From contig NW_026781614.1 of NCBI RefSeq assembly GCF_030144855.1, forward strand, positions 1 to 64,000: 64,000 nucleotides of DNA. Reading direction: 5' to 3'. This document shows, in pieces, positions 12,936-27,139 of this stretch. The notes beneath the pieces are model-generated. The model did no database searches. It saw nothing but the letters and a program-made list of their open reading frames with translations, and was not told where the DNA came from. The position numbers and the translations under genes are program-made. The stretch's first letter is position 1, and every line of letters starts with the position of its first letter. Source of the stretch: Hypanus sabinus (taxonomy: Eukaryota).

Positions 12936-14390
12936 TGTCATGAGGGCTGGACTTTTGTTAGTGGGGGGAGAATGTACTGCGTATGTAATTGAAATGGCTT
13001 CTTTGTTATGATAATTGCTTTCTCTTGCAGTTGGTTTAGGTTTAGAATTGCTGATAGTGGGGGATTGTATTCATTTGTCTTGTTGTCTGGGAGGTGGGTT
13101 TTCGCGGTTTTATTTCGGGGAGAGGGAACGAAGTCGCCGAGGAAGGTGGACGTGCGCGGCAATGCTCGGTTGACCGCTGCGGGTGGCCCCAGGTGCGAAG
13201 ACCCGGAGGTCGGAGGAGAGCCAGGGGGGGGTCGAACGGTTCGATAGCTGAGCTCCAATGATGTGCACCAAATTGACCGAACTCTGATAAGTTTTGGCAC
13301 GTTTTATTTTATTTCCTTTTCCTTCTTATATACTGTACTGTACTGCAAGTGTAGATCCAAGATGGTGGCGCGACGCAGCTTGCAGCGGCCACTCCGGAAC
13401 TGATTATCTGTTATTTATGAAGAGGGATACCGTGCGCAATTATAATCGACTGAAAACGGACGTGGAAGCACGGGGAAACATCGGGAAATTCCAGGATGAT
13501 CTTCTTCGTTGCTGCTGCTGCTGTGAGGTCCGGGACTCTGCTGGGAAGAACAGGCCCCCAGTCCTCGGGGTCGCGTTGCCGATGTCCGTCTTAATACGCT
13601 CGGCAGAGGATGGTGTTCGGAGAAGCTGTGCCGGAGGGGACGGTGGTCAGCTCGGCGTCCTTTCGACGGACTCAGGTCGCTTTCGCTGTGTGCTGCGTCT
13701 GGGAGGCTGAGTCGGGCGGCGCCGTGTAAGTCCATAGCGGGGGTATTCCTTTCTGCCGCCGGCGTGGGATGGCGAGTCTATCGGGACCCTGGGGACGTGT
13801 GGAAACTGTGGTGATTTATTTTGAACATTTTTAAATCTTGGGCTATATTTACTATGCCCATTGTCTGTTTTTTTTTAATATATCAATTATGCTATTGGTT
13901 GCGCTGTTGTAACTATACGTTGTAGTTATGTGGTTTTGTGCAGGTCTTGTAGATTTACTTTCTGGTCTTGTTTTGTCTGGTCGATTTGGGGCTCCTTTCC
14001 GGGAAACGCGCTGGACGGCAGCGCTCTATTCATACGCAGCATCCTCTCCGGACTCTGGATTGGGGATTACCAAACGTTGCGTGGATTTTATGGTGTAGTC
14101 TGTTTTGTCGTGTGGTTTTGTGATATCATTCTGGAGGAACGTTGTCTCATTTTTAACTGCATTGCATTTGTGTTTTCTGAGTGACAAAAAACTGAATCTG
14201 AATCTGAATTGCTAGTAACCATTTAGTTCTAGTAAAATCATTAAGGTATATTCTATAACGGTATCTGGTTGTGTGTGTGTCGCTGCATTAATTTTGTTTT
14301 GCACAGCAACTGCTTCTACGGGAGGCGGGGTTGTAGAGTGGCTGGAAGTTTTCCCCTACACATATCCCAGCCCGTTGAGCAAGTGTTACA
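12936..14390 (+). mobile_element. Probable LTR (TGTCA..TTACA) carrying a nested insert
   Basis: TG..CA termini, LTR-like composition. No TSD found. Confidence 0.4.
13351..14209 (+). mobile_element. Non-autonomous non-LTR element with (CTGAAT)n tail
   Basis: GC-rich 5' end (CAAGATGGTGGCG), tandem tail, TSD-like TGCAAGT/TGCTAGT. Confidence 0.6.
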
Positions 14391-17300
14391 TGATGAACAA
14401 TGTAAACGTCTTGAAGAAATAAATAATATATTCATAATTACATGCTAAACTACCGTCTCCCTTACGAATGGTTAACATTTGTCTGATAGCTCGAGCTACT
14501 TTTAAATGAGATGCTAAAAGCTCATTATTTATATCCCCAAACACATGAAATTGACGTTTCAATTTGAGCAAATTTCTTTCAATAGGATAAATTAATATCC
14601 AATTGCATTGTGATTGGAGTTCAACTCTGCTGGAATAAATCAATATTAGGAGAACTTGCATAAATCCAAGTCTTTAATTTGTTTTGAAATCTTATCTAAC
14701 TCTCTTTTTGTCTGTTTCTTAAGCTTAGCTAAATAGGAAATTATCTGACCGCATAAAAATGCTTTAAACGTTTCCCATGTAATCAATTTGTACATATCTC
14801 CCGTATTATTAAAAAAAAATCAAAAACAATAGATTTTGTCTCAATAAATTTGACAAAGTCCGAAATTTGTAATTAATTTTCTGGAAAGCGCCAAGGCAAA
14901 TTTGCAATAATAACAGCATTCAATTCAAAAGCTAAGCTTAAAGACGCATGATCCGAGAGAACGAGAGCATCAGATTCTCATCTCTGGATTTCAGATGTTA
15001 CGTACCCCGTAACTGGGTGTCCAACCAGCAGAGAAAGAAGAATCCGTTGGAATTTAGTGGTACCAAACTAAAGGTTTTTAGTAATAAAATAAGCAAAACC
15101 ATATCAATAATGCAAATATACACATAAAACATGTTTGCAGTAATAAACCTAAAAGTATAGGAATAATCCTGGTCAATAATGAACAAGCTCTATCGATGTC
15201 TAGTTAGAAATGATTTTTCATAGAAAAGCATAAAGTTCAGATCAGTTCATGAGTGCTGATGTAGTTATGGTTGTTGTATTGAAATCGTTGGACAGAGAAA
15301 GAGAGAGAGAGCGAGGGAGCTGTAACAATTAGTTACAGCAGCTAAACCTTCCTTTGCTTTCTTAATCCGTCATATCGTTGTGGCCATTCAGTAATGACCT
15401 CTCCGTCCTTCAGCTAGACCGTTATTCTGTGGTGGACTCGTCACTCTGGCATGACTGGACACGCACACAAGTCCCCACCGGCCCTGCGTTTTCACTGATA
15501 GCCTTACTGACCGACCACCTGGTCCGGTCTTCGAAGCCCCCACCTTTTTGTTGGTTCCAGCAATCGATCAGCGTCCACTGGTGTGTCTGGAGGGTGTCTC
15601 TCCAGACCTGTCTTTTATCCCTACCAACGGGGACTCAGCTATCCATCAATTCTGAATGACAATGTCCATCAAATTAGGCCATTAGGAATGTTATTGAGCA
15701 AACTATTGTCCTTGCAGCGAAACAGTAAATAATTTCAAAAAGGAGTCACAATACAGTTAATCAGCAATTTCCCCCTCTCTCCTATCTGTCGCTGATGTTC
15801 TTGCCTGTTTTTCGTCTCTCATGGTCAGCATAACAACAGTAATATTTCGTGGTTCTTAGAAGGGGGTGCTGGGAATGGTTAACGCTTCACCCCCATTGTC
15901 CATCATGTCTGCTCATCACTCATAACACGGACAAAAATCGGGGATCAGCTATAAAATATTCGATTATAGAATATTTTTTGTGAACATTTGGAAAAAAAAA
16001 GAACAATCTCTATCATTAGGAGATGAATGTCTCCAAATTTCAACCAGGCCAAAATCAATTAAAAAAGAGTTAACAAAACGGAAGCCCCTGTTTGGTTGGA
16101 CTCTTGTCAAACAAAGGATTTAAACAACAGTTGAAATCACGCCACATTAACAACATATGTTCAGTCAAATCCGGCAAGAAAGGAAAAACCTTTTTTTAAA
16201 AACAGGATCATCCACATTAGGTCCATATAGATTAACCAGGACCATTTTTCTCTCACAAATTGCTCCTTTAACAATTAAACATCTACCATTAATATCTGAC
16301 ACAATGTCTTTTGGATGAATAAAATATTAGATTTAATAAAAATAGATACTCCCTTTGTTTTATTCTGACAAGTAGCTTGAAATTGAAGGCCCGTCCACAT
16401 GTAAAAAATCTATTCTGATCGCTCGTTCTGATAGGCGTTTCTTGAGCAAAAACTATATCGGGTTGGAATTGATTAATGATTTTAAAAGTCCTCTTGTGCT
16501 TATAGGATGATTCCAACCACATACGTTCGAACATAACGTTTACCTGTTTAATTACCAGAGAAAAAGGAATATCTAACTCATAAACAAACTCATACCAGCG
16601 AGGACTAATCAAAACTGTCTGTGATAAATATAACAATATACAAAACATGTATGCTCCGAACTTCGTAATGGGAAAACATATAAAAAGGTAAACTAAAATT
16701 AATCCTACAATTAATCTTATAACTCAAAACCAGTCCCTATAGAAGGAAAAGAAGAGAAAGACGCCGCCAGCTGCCCATTTTATAATGTTAATTTTTAAAG
16801 CTTTCCATAATTCCCCCCGTTACAAAAAAACCCACACTGTCCTGAAATAGGAAAGCCCTGCAGAGCGAAATAACAGTTTATACTTAATCCTTAAAAATAA
16901 GCTGGTGAATGCAGAAGCAGTCTCCCAAAACGCTAAAACAATAAAATTAAACAAAGAGAAGAATACTACGTAATCTCTCATGAAGAAAAAAATCAGCGCC
17001 AATTTTCATTTAACTTACACGACCAATGAAAAACATTTTTTTAGAAATAAAAACAAATTTTCTATCTACTGAGTTCTCCCAACTATGCATATATAAGACA
17101 AAATCCTTAAGAACTATGAAAATTATCAAGTAATTAATGAAATAAAAGGAGGATAGCAACAAATAACCTAACCGGTTAACAATGGACCCGCTGTGTTAAT
17201 TCGCTCAGTAGACCAAACAGATTTCGGAAAAGCCATTCATCACACATCATCTTAAAGTGGACCATCGATCAAGGAACAATTTAAGAAAAACTGAAATCTT

Positions 17301-17735
17301 CAAAGCTTATTTTCATTCTCAAATAGCAATTATTCATTAGTCCTAAAACTCGGCTGCAACCGAAGTAGAGTTAAGATAGAGTCCAATGCCTCTTTGGGTT
17401 TAAAAAAAAACAAGTGGAGTCGAATCTTGGGAAATTAATTTTAAACGGGCTGGATAGTGAACTGATGGGAATAATCCCTTATCATGGGCTATCTTCATGG
17501 TTGGAACGAATTTACACCGCAAGGCCATAACATCCAGTGGATAATCTTCATAATAACGAACCTCGGAAACCTTGAATTTAAAAACTCTGTGTTTCCTTGC
17601 ATATTTCATGATTTGTTCTTCAACTTTGAAACGAATGAAACAGACCAAACTGACCTTGGCTTATTCGGATCCCGAGATTTCAAAGTCAAAATTCTACGCG
17701 CTCTTTCGATATCGGGAGGTTGAGGTAAAATATCG
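14391..17735 (-). mobile_element. Decayed L1-clade LINE (ORF1 C-terminus and ORF2 APE endonuclease), split by a solo LTR
   Basis: ORF1-like YEDYP..HYPARLKL (17400-17648). Endonuclease DIVFAQET and SDH motifs. A-rich sense strand. Confidence 0.8.
14996..15927 (-). mobile_element. Solo LTR (Gypsy-type)
   Basis: TGTTA..TAACA termini, 4-bp TSD CAGA/CGGA (one mismatch), interrupts the L1 frame. Confidence 0.8.
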
Positions 17736-17759
17736 GAAACAGAGATTGAAACAATATCA

Positions 17760-18670
17760 CTTTACCCCTCTCTTCCCTTCCCCTCACTTGCCTCGTGTGT
17801 ATACTTCTCTCTACAGTGTAGCGTTCTCTACCACTTGCTCCTCTCTTTCCTCACCCTCCCCCGTCTTTCCCCACAGCTGCAGATCCCTGTAACTCCCTCA
17901 GCCCAACCCCCCTTTCTCAAGGCACACACTCAGCCTTCATCCTCCTCTACATCCCATCCCACTACACGCCCATATTTTTCACTGCATCACTCCCTCCTTC
18001 ACTCTCCCCTAGTCTCCTACCTCTCCCCTGCTCTTCTCGGCCCCTATTTCTTCCTGGCACCATTTCTCGCTGTTCCTCTTCCCCGCAGGCTTTCTCCCTC
18101 CTCTCTCTATCCCATGCTACTGGCACTTCGTTGCTATTCTATCACTTCCCAGTTTTTTAATTCACCTCCTCTTTCCCTCACGCTCTCACACTTATCTGCT
18201 ACGTTCATTCTCTCCCATCTCGTTACCCCTCTCTTGACCCACTGCTCCCTCCCTCCCCTTATTTCCCTCTGTCACCTTTCGTCTTTCACACTTCATCACC
18301 TCTCTCTTTCGCTTACTCTCCCTCCGCATCTCTCTCCCTACATCAATCTCTCTGCCCTTATATTCCCCCCTCTACTGTTCCCCCTCTTACAACCGTACTG
18401 CCCCGCAACATCCAGCCCCTTCCTGCTCCCGAGGCTCCGAGCCTCTCTCTTTCTTTCCCAGTCTCCTCTTCCCTCTTCCTCCCAGCTCTGCTTCCCGCAC
18501 TCCCCCCCCCCTTTCTCACTCTCTGTTTCTCCCTGTCTCTCTCACTCTCTCTCTCTCTCTTCTAACGTTTCCACTCCGGACTCCCTTCGCTGCCACCTCT
18601 CGCCTGCTACACATTCTTTCTCCCCGACGCAGTCCTGCCAATCGCTCCGCAATTTTCTCTTGGTCTCTGC
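17760..18670. repeat. CT-rich low-complexity tract upstream of locus B
   Basis: Polypyrimidine strand bias. Its end sequence is shared with 31040-31660. Confidence 0.8.
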
Positions 18671-18889
18671 ACCTGTGGCGAGAGTGTTGCCGATGGGTTA
18701 TTTGGGGGATTGGCTCTGGGCGGTCGGTCCAGAGGACAGTGGTATTATTTCGGGGAAGGAGACGAGGCCGTGAAGACAGCGCACTGCCGTGTGTTAGTTT
18801 GTCGATTGATACAGTGCTGTGGGGAACGGGGGGGGGGCGAAGGTAGTGGGATTAGTTTTCGATCGAGTGTCAGTGCGTGTGTTCCGTTT

Positions 18890-19595
18890 TATACGACGAC
18901 ATGGTGGGCTCTGTCACTGTGGGCCGAGGAACCTGCTCCCGTTCTTTACCTTTCTCTGTTCCATGTTGGTCAAACAGAAGGCAGAAGTTTATTTTCTCAG
19001 AGCCAACATTTCTCTGAATGATAACGAACGTAAACATGATAAACATGGACACGTTTTCTACCCAGGACAAAATTTGCTCCACTTCACCCAAAAAAGCTGA
19101 TGATGGTTCCTCATCGGGAGTGGAAATAAGGTTACAGTGAGATGAGCTGTGATTACAATTGAGAGAGAATCGGAGTGAAGAGGGCGCTTTACTCTCGGTT
19201 TATATGCTCAAACGATGGACAAGAGTCGCACTGACACTGGGTGAAGTAACGTGAGGTGGGGAGTCGGGTCTGTTGGTGTTTGATAAACAATATGCCCTTT
19301 GCCGGAGGAATGCCACTCGCAATTTGTAACTCTTAGTAACATCACAATTTCCATTGTTTGCAGTTTCAACATTAATTCACTAACTTAACCATAATGTCGC
19401 AACCCGGTGTTGCACTTCTCTGACACAATTGGATTGTAAATAAATTAAAAGGTGTTTATTTTTAAACCAGTTGAAACATGTCCCTTGTGGAGTCGGTAAG
19501 TGTTTTTAAAACCCCAGGTATGTGCAGCCTTGACTTTGCATTCCGGGGGATCGCCTGTGGCACAGATCCTGGGGACAGATCACTCATCAGAGAAA
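18890..19595 (+). promoter_or_regulatory. Shared upstream module of locus B
   Basis: Alignable by eye with 32580-33249 and 51060-52212. TTTTTAAAA at 19503. Confidence 0.5.
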
Positions 19596-19671
19596 ATGTC
19601 TACATTGTTTGAAAGGTACCGACATGTGGACAAAATAGTGAGCGTGTCCATTGTCGTCATTGGAGTTCCTG
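19596..19671 (+). CDS. Locus B exon 1 (MSTLFERYRHVDKIVSVSIVVIGVP+G)
   Basis: AAAATG start, donor CCTG|gtgagt. Homologous to the exon 1 copies at 33250 and 52213. Confidence 0.9.
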
Positions 19672-20701
19672 GTGAGTGAGCACAACTATTCGTGTCTGGC
19701 ACTTCATTCTGTTAACCGGTGTGATCCGATTTTTGGTCATTTTACAAGTTTCCCGCTGGACATTAGTGTCAGTAATATCCGCCAGTGATATCAACAATGC
19801 CTATTCAACATTTTTATTTTTCATATTTAATGACAAACGGAACTAAACCCCTGTCTCTCCTCTAACTCACGGAATCGACCCGAACGTTGTTCTTCCATTT
19901 GATGGAATTTGGTGCAGAGTGGACAAAATGCTGCGGACATGCAGCTCTCCGGGAATGTGAGACTAGGAATGTTATACATTGTGGTGTTGACCATTTGTGA
20001 GTCATTGACCGGAATTAATATCTGGTTTTCAATGGCATCCTCTCCAGAGTTGTCGCAGTGTTGGGAGCCGGGACTCATCGCGGAAGTTGTGATTGGGAAA
20101 TTGTAATGACACCTTGTCCATGTTGTCCCAATGTTGGGAGACGGGAATCATCCGGGAAAATGTGACTGGGAACTCTTAATGGAACCTTGCCATGTTGTCC
20201 CAGTGCTGGGGACAGGCAGCTCTCCAGGAAGGAGAGACGAGAAGACTTTCAGTGGTACCGTCTCCAGAGTTGTCCCAGACTTGGGGACGGGCAGCACTCC
20301 GGGCCTTTGTGACTGGGAGGGGTTTGCATTTTGAATTTATCAGTCTCTGTGTCACTGATCAAATTGAACCCCAGGTCCTGCGTTTCACTGCTCCCTGTGG
20401 AACCTGTCACAGTCGTATTTTATTTCCTGTTTGTCAATAATTGGGCCCGATCTCGTGAACTCGAGTCCACGGATCTACTGACGGGGGTTGTCGAAATGAG
20501 CTGCGCTGGAGAAGTAATCCATTAATGGAGCCACTCGGCATCTGGTTACTATGTTTTCCCGGCTTTCACTCAGAGACCAGACGTAAACTGGGGCGCCCAT
20601 TTCCGCCCTGAAGAAAGGCCTCGGCCGGATAATTTGAGTCTATTCCAATGTGGCGATTGTTGCTGAGTTCCCCGGGAATTTGTGTGCGTTGTCTCCCTTT
20701 A

Positions 20702-21030
20702 GATACCATGAGAGCATAAGACATTGGAGCAGAAGTAGTCCATCTGTCCCATCGTGTCTGCTCCGCCGTTCAGTCAGGACTGATACTTTTTTCTCCTCCT
20801 CAACCCCAGTTCCCGTCCCTTTCTCCGTAGCCTTTGATGTCCTGTCCAATAAAGAACCTATCGATCTCTGTCTTAAATACACCCAGGGACCTGTCTTTCC
20901 CAGCTGCATGTAACAACACATTCTACATATGTACCACCATTGGCTGAAGAAAGTTCTCCGCATCTCAGTTTTGAAAGGGCGAATCTCTATCCTGAGGCTG
21001 TGCCCTCTTGTCCGAGTCTCTCCCGCCATA
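20702..21030 (-). mobile_element. Antisense CR1 3' fragment in the intron, shared with C (34195-34345) and D (39680-40005)
   Basis: (CATAAGAC)n tail; peptide ETRTRGHSLRI..FKTEMRRTFFSQ. Confidence 0.8.
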
Positions 21031-21084
21031 AATGAAATTAAGTTTAATAATGCCCGGTGTCTGTCCCCTTCTCTCTCCCTGCAG

Positions 21085-21992
21085 TGAATTTATTGGCGAT
21101 TGTGATCCTGTCCCGTGGAAAGTGCGGCCTCTCTACCTGCACCACTCGCTACCTGGTGGCCATGGCAGCGGGAGATCTGCTGACGGTAGTCATAGAGGTC
21201 CTTGGACGTCAAGTCTTAGATTATTACTTTCCGTGGAATTTTCTAAGGATTTACCCTGCATGCAGGTTTATCGAGGTACTGAGACTCACAGCCACATACT
21301 GCTCTGTCTGGTTCACCGTCACCTTCACTTTTGATCGGTTTGTCGCCATCTGCTGTCAGAAGCTGAAAACAAAATATTGCACCGGGAAAACTGCGGCTGT
21401 GGTTCTGACAATAACGGACGTGCTGTCCTTTCTGAAAAACGTTCCCCGCTACTTCCTCTGGGAACCCAGAGAGATAATCAACAACGTACCGTGGCGCTGT
21501 AGAGTGACAGCCAACACTTTCACTGATCTCGGATGGGTAGTATACGATTGGCTAGACATAGTTTTAACTCCATTCATCCCATTCGCTGTGATTCTGCTTT
21601 CCAACGCTCTGACGGTCAGGCACATTGTTGTGGCCAGTCGAGTCCGTAAGGGGCTGAGCGGTCAGAGCAAGGGGGAGAACAGCAGAGACCCGGAGATGGA
21701 GAGCCGGAGGAGGTCTGTGGTTTTACTCTTCACCCTCTCCGGCAGCTTCATTCTCCTGTGGATGACAAACGTTGTAAATTTCATGTATTATGAGATCAAA
21801 GGAATAGGATTTAAATTCAATGATTCCGAAAAAATCTTTCACATGGTCGGAGCCTTGCTGAAGAATTTCAGCTGCTGTACGAACACATTTATTTACGCGG
21901 TCACTCAGTCGAAATTCAGGGAGCAGGTGATCAGCGCGGTGAAATATCCGGTCACCTCGGTGATTCAGTTCATTACTCAGGCCGCGCACTGA
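21085..21992 (+). CDS. Locus B exon 2: GPR139-like GPCR (327 aa total)
   Basis: Acceptor ctctctccctgcag|TGAAT. Intact frame with AAGDL (TM2), DRF (TM3), ECL2 PWRC and TNTFIY (TM7); TGA at 21992. Confidence 0.93.
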
Positions 21993-22244
21993 GCGAAGTC
22001 TGGAGGCGGCAATAGTGTCTCCAGTCCGGGCCCCAGATCCTCACATTCACCGCCTGATCTCCCCTTGTGTTATTTCCCGGGGAAGTGTTTAATGAACCGG
22101 CAGTACTTGGACTTCAGGAGCAGCAGAGGATGGAAAGGTGTGCATCGTGACCGTGGTAGAGAGATACGTGGTTCTGAAGGGGAGACAGTGGCTGAGCGAG
22201 GTTGGGAAGCGAGAGTGGTTCTCTTGTGGGCTTGGAGTGATTGG

Positions 22245-22443
22245 NNNNNNNNNNNNNNNNNNNNNNNNNNNNNNNNNNNNNNNNNNNNNNNNNNNNNNNN
22301 NNNNNNNNNNNNNNNNNNNNNNNNNNNNNNNNNNNNNNNNNNNNNNNNNNNNNNNNNNNNNNNNNNNNNNNNNNNNNNNNNNNNNNNNNNNNNNNNNNNN
22401 NNNNNNNNNNNNNNNNNNNNNNNNNNNNNNNNNNNNNNNNNNN
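22245..22443. other. Assembly gap
   Basis: Run of N. Confidence 1.
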
Positions 22444-24059
22444 GCAAGTGTACAGAAACGGTTTCTGTTTATGTTTGTGTTTCCGGAATACCGGGAAGTG
22501 GGGTTTGGCAGCTGTGTTATAGAGTTTGACCAGCCTGGGTCCTTAATTTCCTTCATGAGGGACCTGTCTTGATTGTATGTTCTACGCACCTTCACTGCGG
22601 GGTTGGAGATGGGGAAGGTGGACAATTCACATGCATTTTCGTTGTTTTGCAGTCGGGACATAGTGCTCCGTGTCATTGTAGTGGTGAGTCTGAATTCTGG
22701 GATGAGTACGCAGTCAACGCAGGCTCGCAGGATTTTACGAATAAAACATATCTGTGACTTTTCAGTTCATAACAAAAGTCGGAGACCTTCACTTTGATTC
22801 CAAAGAATCCAAAGCCAGTCGCTCTAGACATTCGTCATTAGGCCAGGCACAGCCTCGTAAAGTGAACACAACAATACCATTATAGAGTTTGTGAATGACG
22901 TCGAGCATTTCCACCTACGAACAGCTTGTGTCATTTGCCTCAGTTTACATTGCCCCACAAATGTTCCGTGACAGGGGGACTTGTTGCGACAGAGGGGACA
23001 ACCATTGCTGTACAACGCTCATATTTGGGATCAGAGCACAGTTACTATCCAGTCTCATCCTGACTCGAGTCCTCCCGTCCCGGTAACAAAAGTCCCGAAT
23101 CCTTACCGCGCCTGACTAGGTTAATTACGTCCTTTCTGTGGCGGGCGACCAGAATTTCACTCGGTTCTCCAGCTGTGGTCTCACCAAACCAGAAAGGGAC
23201 AGAACGGGAACAGGCCTTTCCGATCACTGCGTGTTCTGAACCAACTGAACTGGTAATTTCATTCCGAGCTTAACCAATCTCGTCTGCCAATACTGGGTCC
23301 ACATCTCTACATGTTCCTTATATTCGTTTGGATTCTAAACTCCTCCATTGCCTCTACCTCTACCATCGCCCCTGAAATTCATTCCAGACACTCACCAGTA
23401 TGAGTGTGAAAAAAAAGATTTGCATCGCATATCTCCTTTTGGTCAGGTTTAACATGACTGTGTTTTACAAGTTTTTTTTTCCGCATTAATCGCGGGAAAG
23501 GATACAAATTGACACTAAATTGGAAATAATTAAATAAATAAATATTGAGAAAACAAGTGCCTGCGTTTGACCAATCTCCCTTCGGACAGGAATTGGCTCG
23601 AATATAACCGCTGTCGCTTTGCACATGCGCTGAAGGGGCTTTTTCCCCGCCGTTGATGAGTGTGACCGAACCTTCACTATCTTGCGAGCACACGAAACTA
23701 TGAGGAGAAACAAAACGTTTTTTAAGCTTGTATGAGCATGTGGCCACTAATGAGGTCGTGTTCCAGTCTCTTCAAGAGCTTTTAAGCGGGAGATGTCTCC
23801 AGCGTCTGGCGGGATTTACTGCACATTATTGGGATGGAGGAGATGAGTGTACTGCGGATTTCACCAATGCATTATGGGTTGTCCCCACCCACAAGCAAGA
23901 TTTCAGAAAGACAATAATTAATGTTCTTGTCAATTTAGAGCAGAGATGGTTGCTCTTGACAAACATAGACCCATCTCACGTCAGGTTTAAGTGAGTTACT
24001 CGACGGGATTCTCAGGGCGAGGCTGTAGAGTGATCGAACAGCATACAGACAAACTGACC

Positions 24060-25460
24060 CAGGGAAATTATAGACCAGTATGTTTCACATCGGTAGTAGG
24101 TAAATTATTGGAAGGAATACTAAGAGATAGGCTCTACAAGTATTTAGATAGACAGAGATTTATTAGGGAGAGTCAATACGGCTTTGTGCGTGGTAGGCCA
24201 TGTTTAATAGATCTATTAGATTTTTTTTTGATGAGGTTACAAGGAAAGTTGATGAATGGAAGGCAGAGGACGTTGTCTACATGGACTTCAGTTAGGCCTT
24301 GGACAAGGTCCCGCATGGAAGGTTATTTAGGAAGATTCAGTCGCTAGATATAAATGGAGAGGTAGTAGATTGGATTAGACAATGGCTCAATGGGAGTAAC
24401 TAGAGTGTGGTAGTGGAGGATTGCTTCTCTGAGTGGAGGCCTGCGATAGTGGTGTGCCACAGGGTTCAGTGCTGGGTCCATTGTTATTTGTCATTTATAT
24501 CAATGATCTGGATGATAATGTGGTAAATTGTATCAGGAGATTTGCTGATGATACAAAGATCGGAGGTGCAGTGGACAGTGAGGAAGGTTTTCAAAGCTTG
24601 CAGCGGGATCTGAACCAGTTGGAAAAATGGGCTGAAAATGGAAGATGGAGTTTAATACAGACAAGTGTGAGGTATTGCACTTCGGAGGGAAAAGCCAAGG
24701 GAGAACATACAAGGTAAATGGTGTGGCACTGAGGAGTGCAGTAGAACAGAGGGATCTGGGAATACAGGTACAAGATTCCCTAAAAGTGCCTTTACATGTT
24801 GATAGGGTAGTAAAGAGAGCGTTTGGTAAATTGGCCTTTATAAATCAAAGTAATGAGTATAAGAGTTGGAATGTTATGGTGAGGTTTTATAAGGCATTGG
24901 TGAGGCCGAATCTGGAATCTGTTTGCATTTTTGGTCACCGAACTACAGGAAGGATATTAATAAGATTGAAAAAGTGCAGAGAAATTTTACAAAGATGTTG
25001 CTGGGACTTGAGAAACTGAGATACAGAGAGAAGTTGAATAGATTAGGACTTTATTCCCTTGAGCGTAGAAGAATAAGGGGAGACTTGATAGAGGTATATA
25101 ACATTATGATGGGTATAGATAGAGTGAATGCAAGCAGGCTTTTTCCACTGAGGCTAGGTTAGAAAAAAATCCAGTGGACATGGGTTACGGGTGAAAGGGA
25201 AAAAGTTTAAAGGGACCATTGCGGGGTGGGCTAGGCTCCTTCACACAGAGACTGGTGGGGTTGTGTAAAGAACTGCCAGATGAATTTGTAAATGCGGGCT
25301 CATTTCTAACACTTAAGAAACACTTGGTACATGGATGAGAGGTGTATGGTGCGATATGGGTCAGGTGCAGGTCAGTGGGACTAGGCAGAAAAATGCTTCG
25401 GCACAGCTGTGAAGGTCTAAAAGGCCTGTTTCTGTGCTGTAATGTTTTATGGTTCTATGG
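24060..25460 (+). mobile_element. 5'-truncated CR1 LINE (RT domain to tail)
   Basis: [29 protein letters not shown] motifs; ttctatg tail. Confidence 0.92.
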
Positions 25461-26619
25461 TCCTTGTCCCTTCCATTCTGTGCCGACCCGCTTTCCAACC
25501 TCCTCCTCTCGGCCTGCACCGGGACATTAGCCCTCTACGCCGCTTCCCATCCGTACACCTACCGAGACAGGAACGAGACGAAGAGAGAATAGAAAAGCCG
25601 TTCGGAGAGACACATCTAGCCCACACCGTGCAGAAAGGAACAGCATCCCGATCGCCAAACCCTGCAAACCCCCTTCTCCGCACCAAACAGAACAAAAATA
25701 TCACCTCAAAACCCACTCCCCTCGGAAATTAAACGGGAAACACGTAACATAGAAATCATGAGTGTGAGAAGCAGCTTTGAGAGTTAGTGGGCCTTTTAAT
25801 GTTTTCTTCTTTTCCTCTTGATAACTGTTCGCTAAAGCTGGAATTAGTAAATATATTTACGTTATCATTATATGCGGTGTATAATCTGCTATTCCTTGCC
25901 AATGCACAACGGCATATGGGTAATATTTACACTGTCTTTGCTCAAGTCGGGATTCCGTTATTGGAAACCTCCCGGATTTCTGGTTTGCTGGGAGAGAAAT
26001 CACACCCCACTGGACCTATACTGTTTGAGAAAGGTGACAGTCATGTGACTGCCAGCAGAGCCGACTGACGGCGAAGTTTCTATACAAGTGGCAGAGAAAA
26101 GAGGATAGATGTGAGATGTCTACACTGGAGAGGTTGTAATGGGGCACCGCTCCCCCTCCTGCCACTGTCCACCCCTGCTCCCACTAACCCCGCCGCCTCC
26201 TCTCTCTGACTCCGTCTCTCATCCTACAAACCCCAATGTCTCAGTGATACTCCTCCCACCGATGTTCCTCTGGTTGGCCTTCAGGGGTGAGCGGAAAACT
26301 AAGCGGTTTCGATCAGGGGCCACAAAAGTTCACCCTCCATATCACCGGGGTGGACGAGGGGACACAGCGAAACGAAGTTCATTTTACTTACCACACTAAA
26401 CTGAAATGTAGATTAATTTTGGATATGGATAGTCTGCACAGTGATATGTACAGGTTCAGAGAGAGGGAAAAGGTATTTCGGATGTAATACAACTTTGGGA
26501 ATGAGAGATTCTCCACTTTGGAGACTTTCAAAGAAGGGGGATTAAGTTCCATATTTTCAGAGTAGTGCTGAAGCAGCAGCTGGATTACCGTATGCCTTTC
26601 TGTCCTGCTTACTTGAGGA

Positions 26620-27130
26620 AAGATCGATCATAGGACAGGCCCTTCGGCCCAAGGTGTGCTGACCATTCAACTTACCCCTCCATCAACTTAGCACTTCTCT
26701 CCAACACAGTATATATCTTTCCATTTTGCTTTCATACACACGGAGAACCAGAAGTCTCTGAAATTCCCCCAGTGTAGTTGCCTCTTCCTTACTCCCCGTT
26801 AACGCGTTCCGTGCATCCACCAGACTCTGTGCAAAAATCCAATCTGCGAGAACCGCTGAAAATGTCCCTTAATTACTTCAACAAATTTCCTCTGTTCATC
26901 ATGATTTCCGCCCTGAGGAAAATAGTTCTGTATGTTTGCACTATCGGTGCCTCTGATCACCTTGTACATCCCTGTCAATTCACCTCCCATTCTCCTTCGC
27001 TTGAAAGTGAAGAGCCCTAGGTCGCTCAAACTATCCTCACAAGACATACTCTCTAACTGAGGCAGCATCCTGGTAAATCTCCTCTGCGCCCTCTCTAAAG
27101 CTTCCTCATCCTTCCTCCGGCAAGGCGATC
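26620..27130 (-). mobile_element. CR1 3' fragment
   Basis: LGLFTFKRRRMGGEL..YKVIRG. Confidence 0.75.
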
Positions 27131-27139
27131 AGAACCCAG

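Noticed and set aside
17835-18773. Long Leu/Ser/Pro ORFs (also 31139-31819 and 49371-49919)
   Set aside because: Low-complexity CT or TG tracts that lack stop codons by composition.
21723-21989. Antisense ORF conserved at B, C, D and E
   Set aside because: Shadow of the conserved sense codons.
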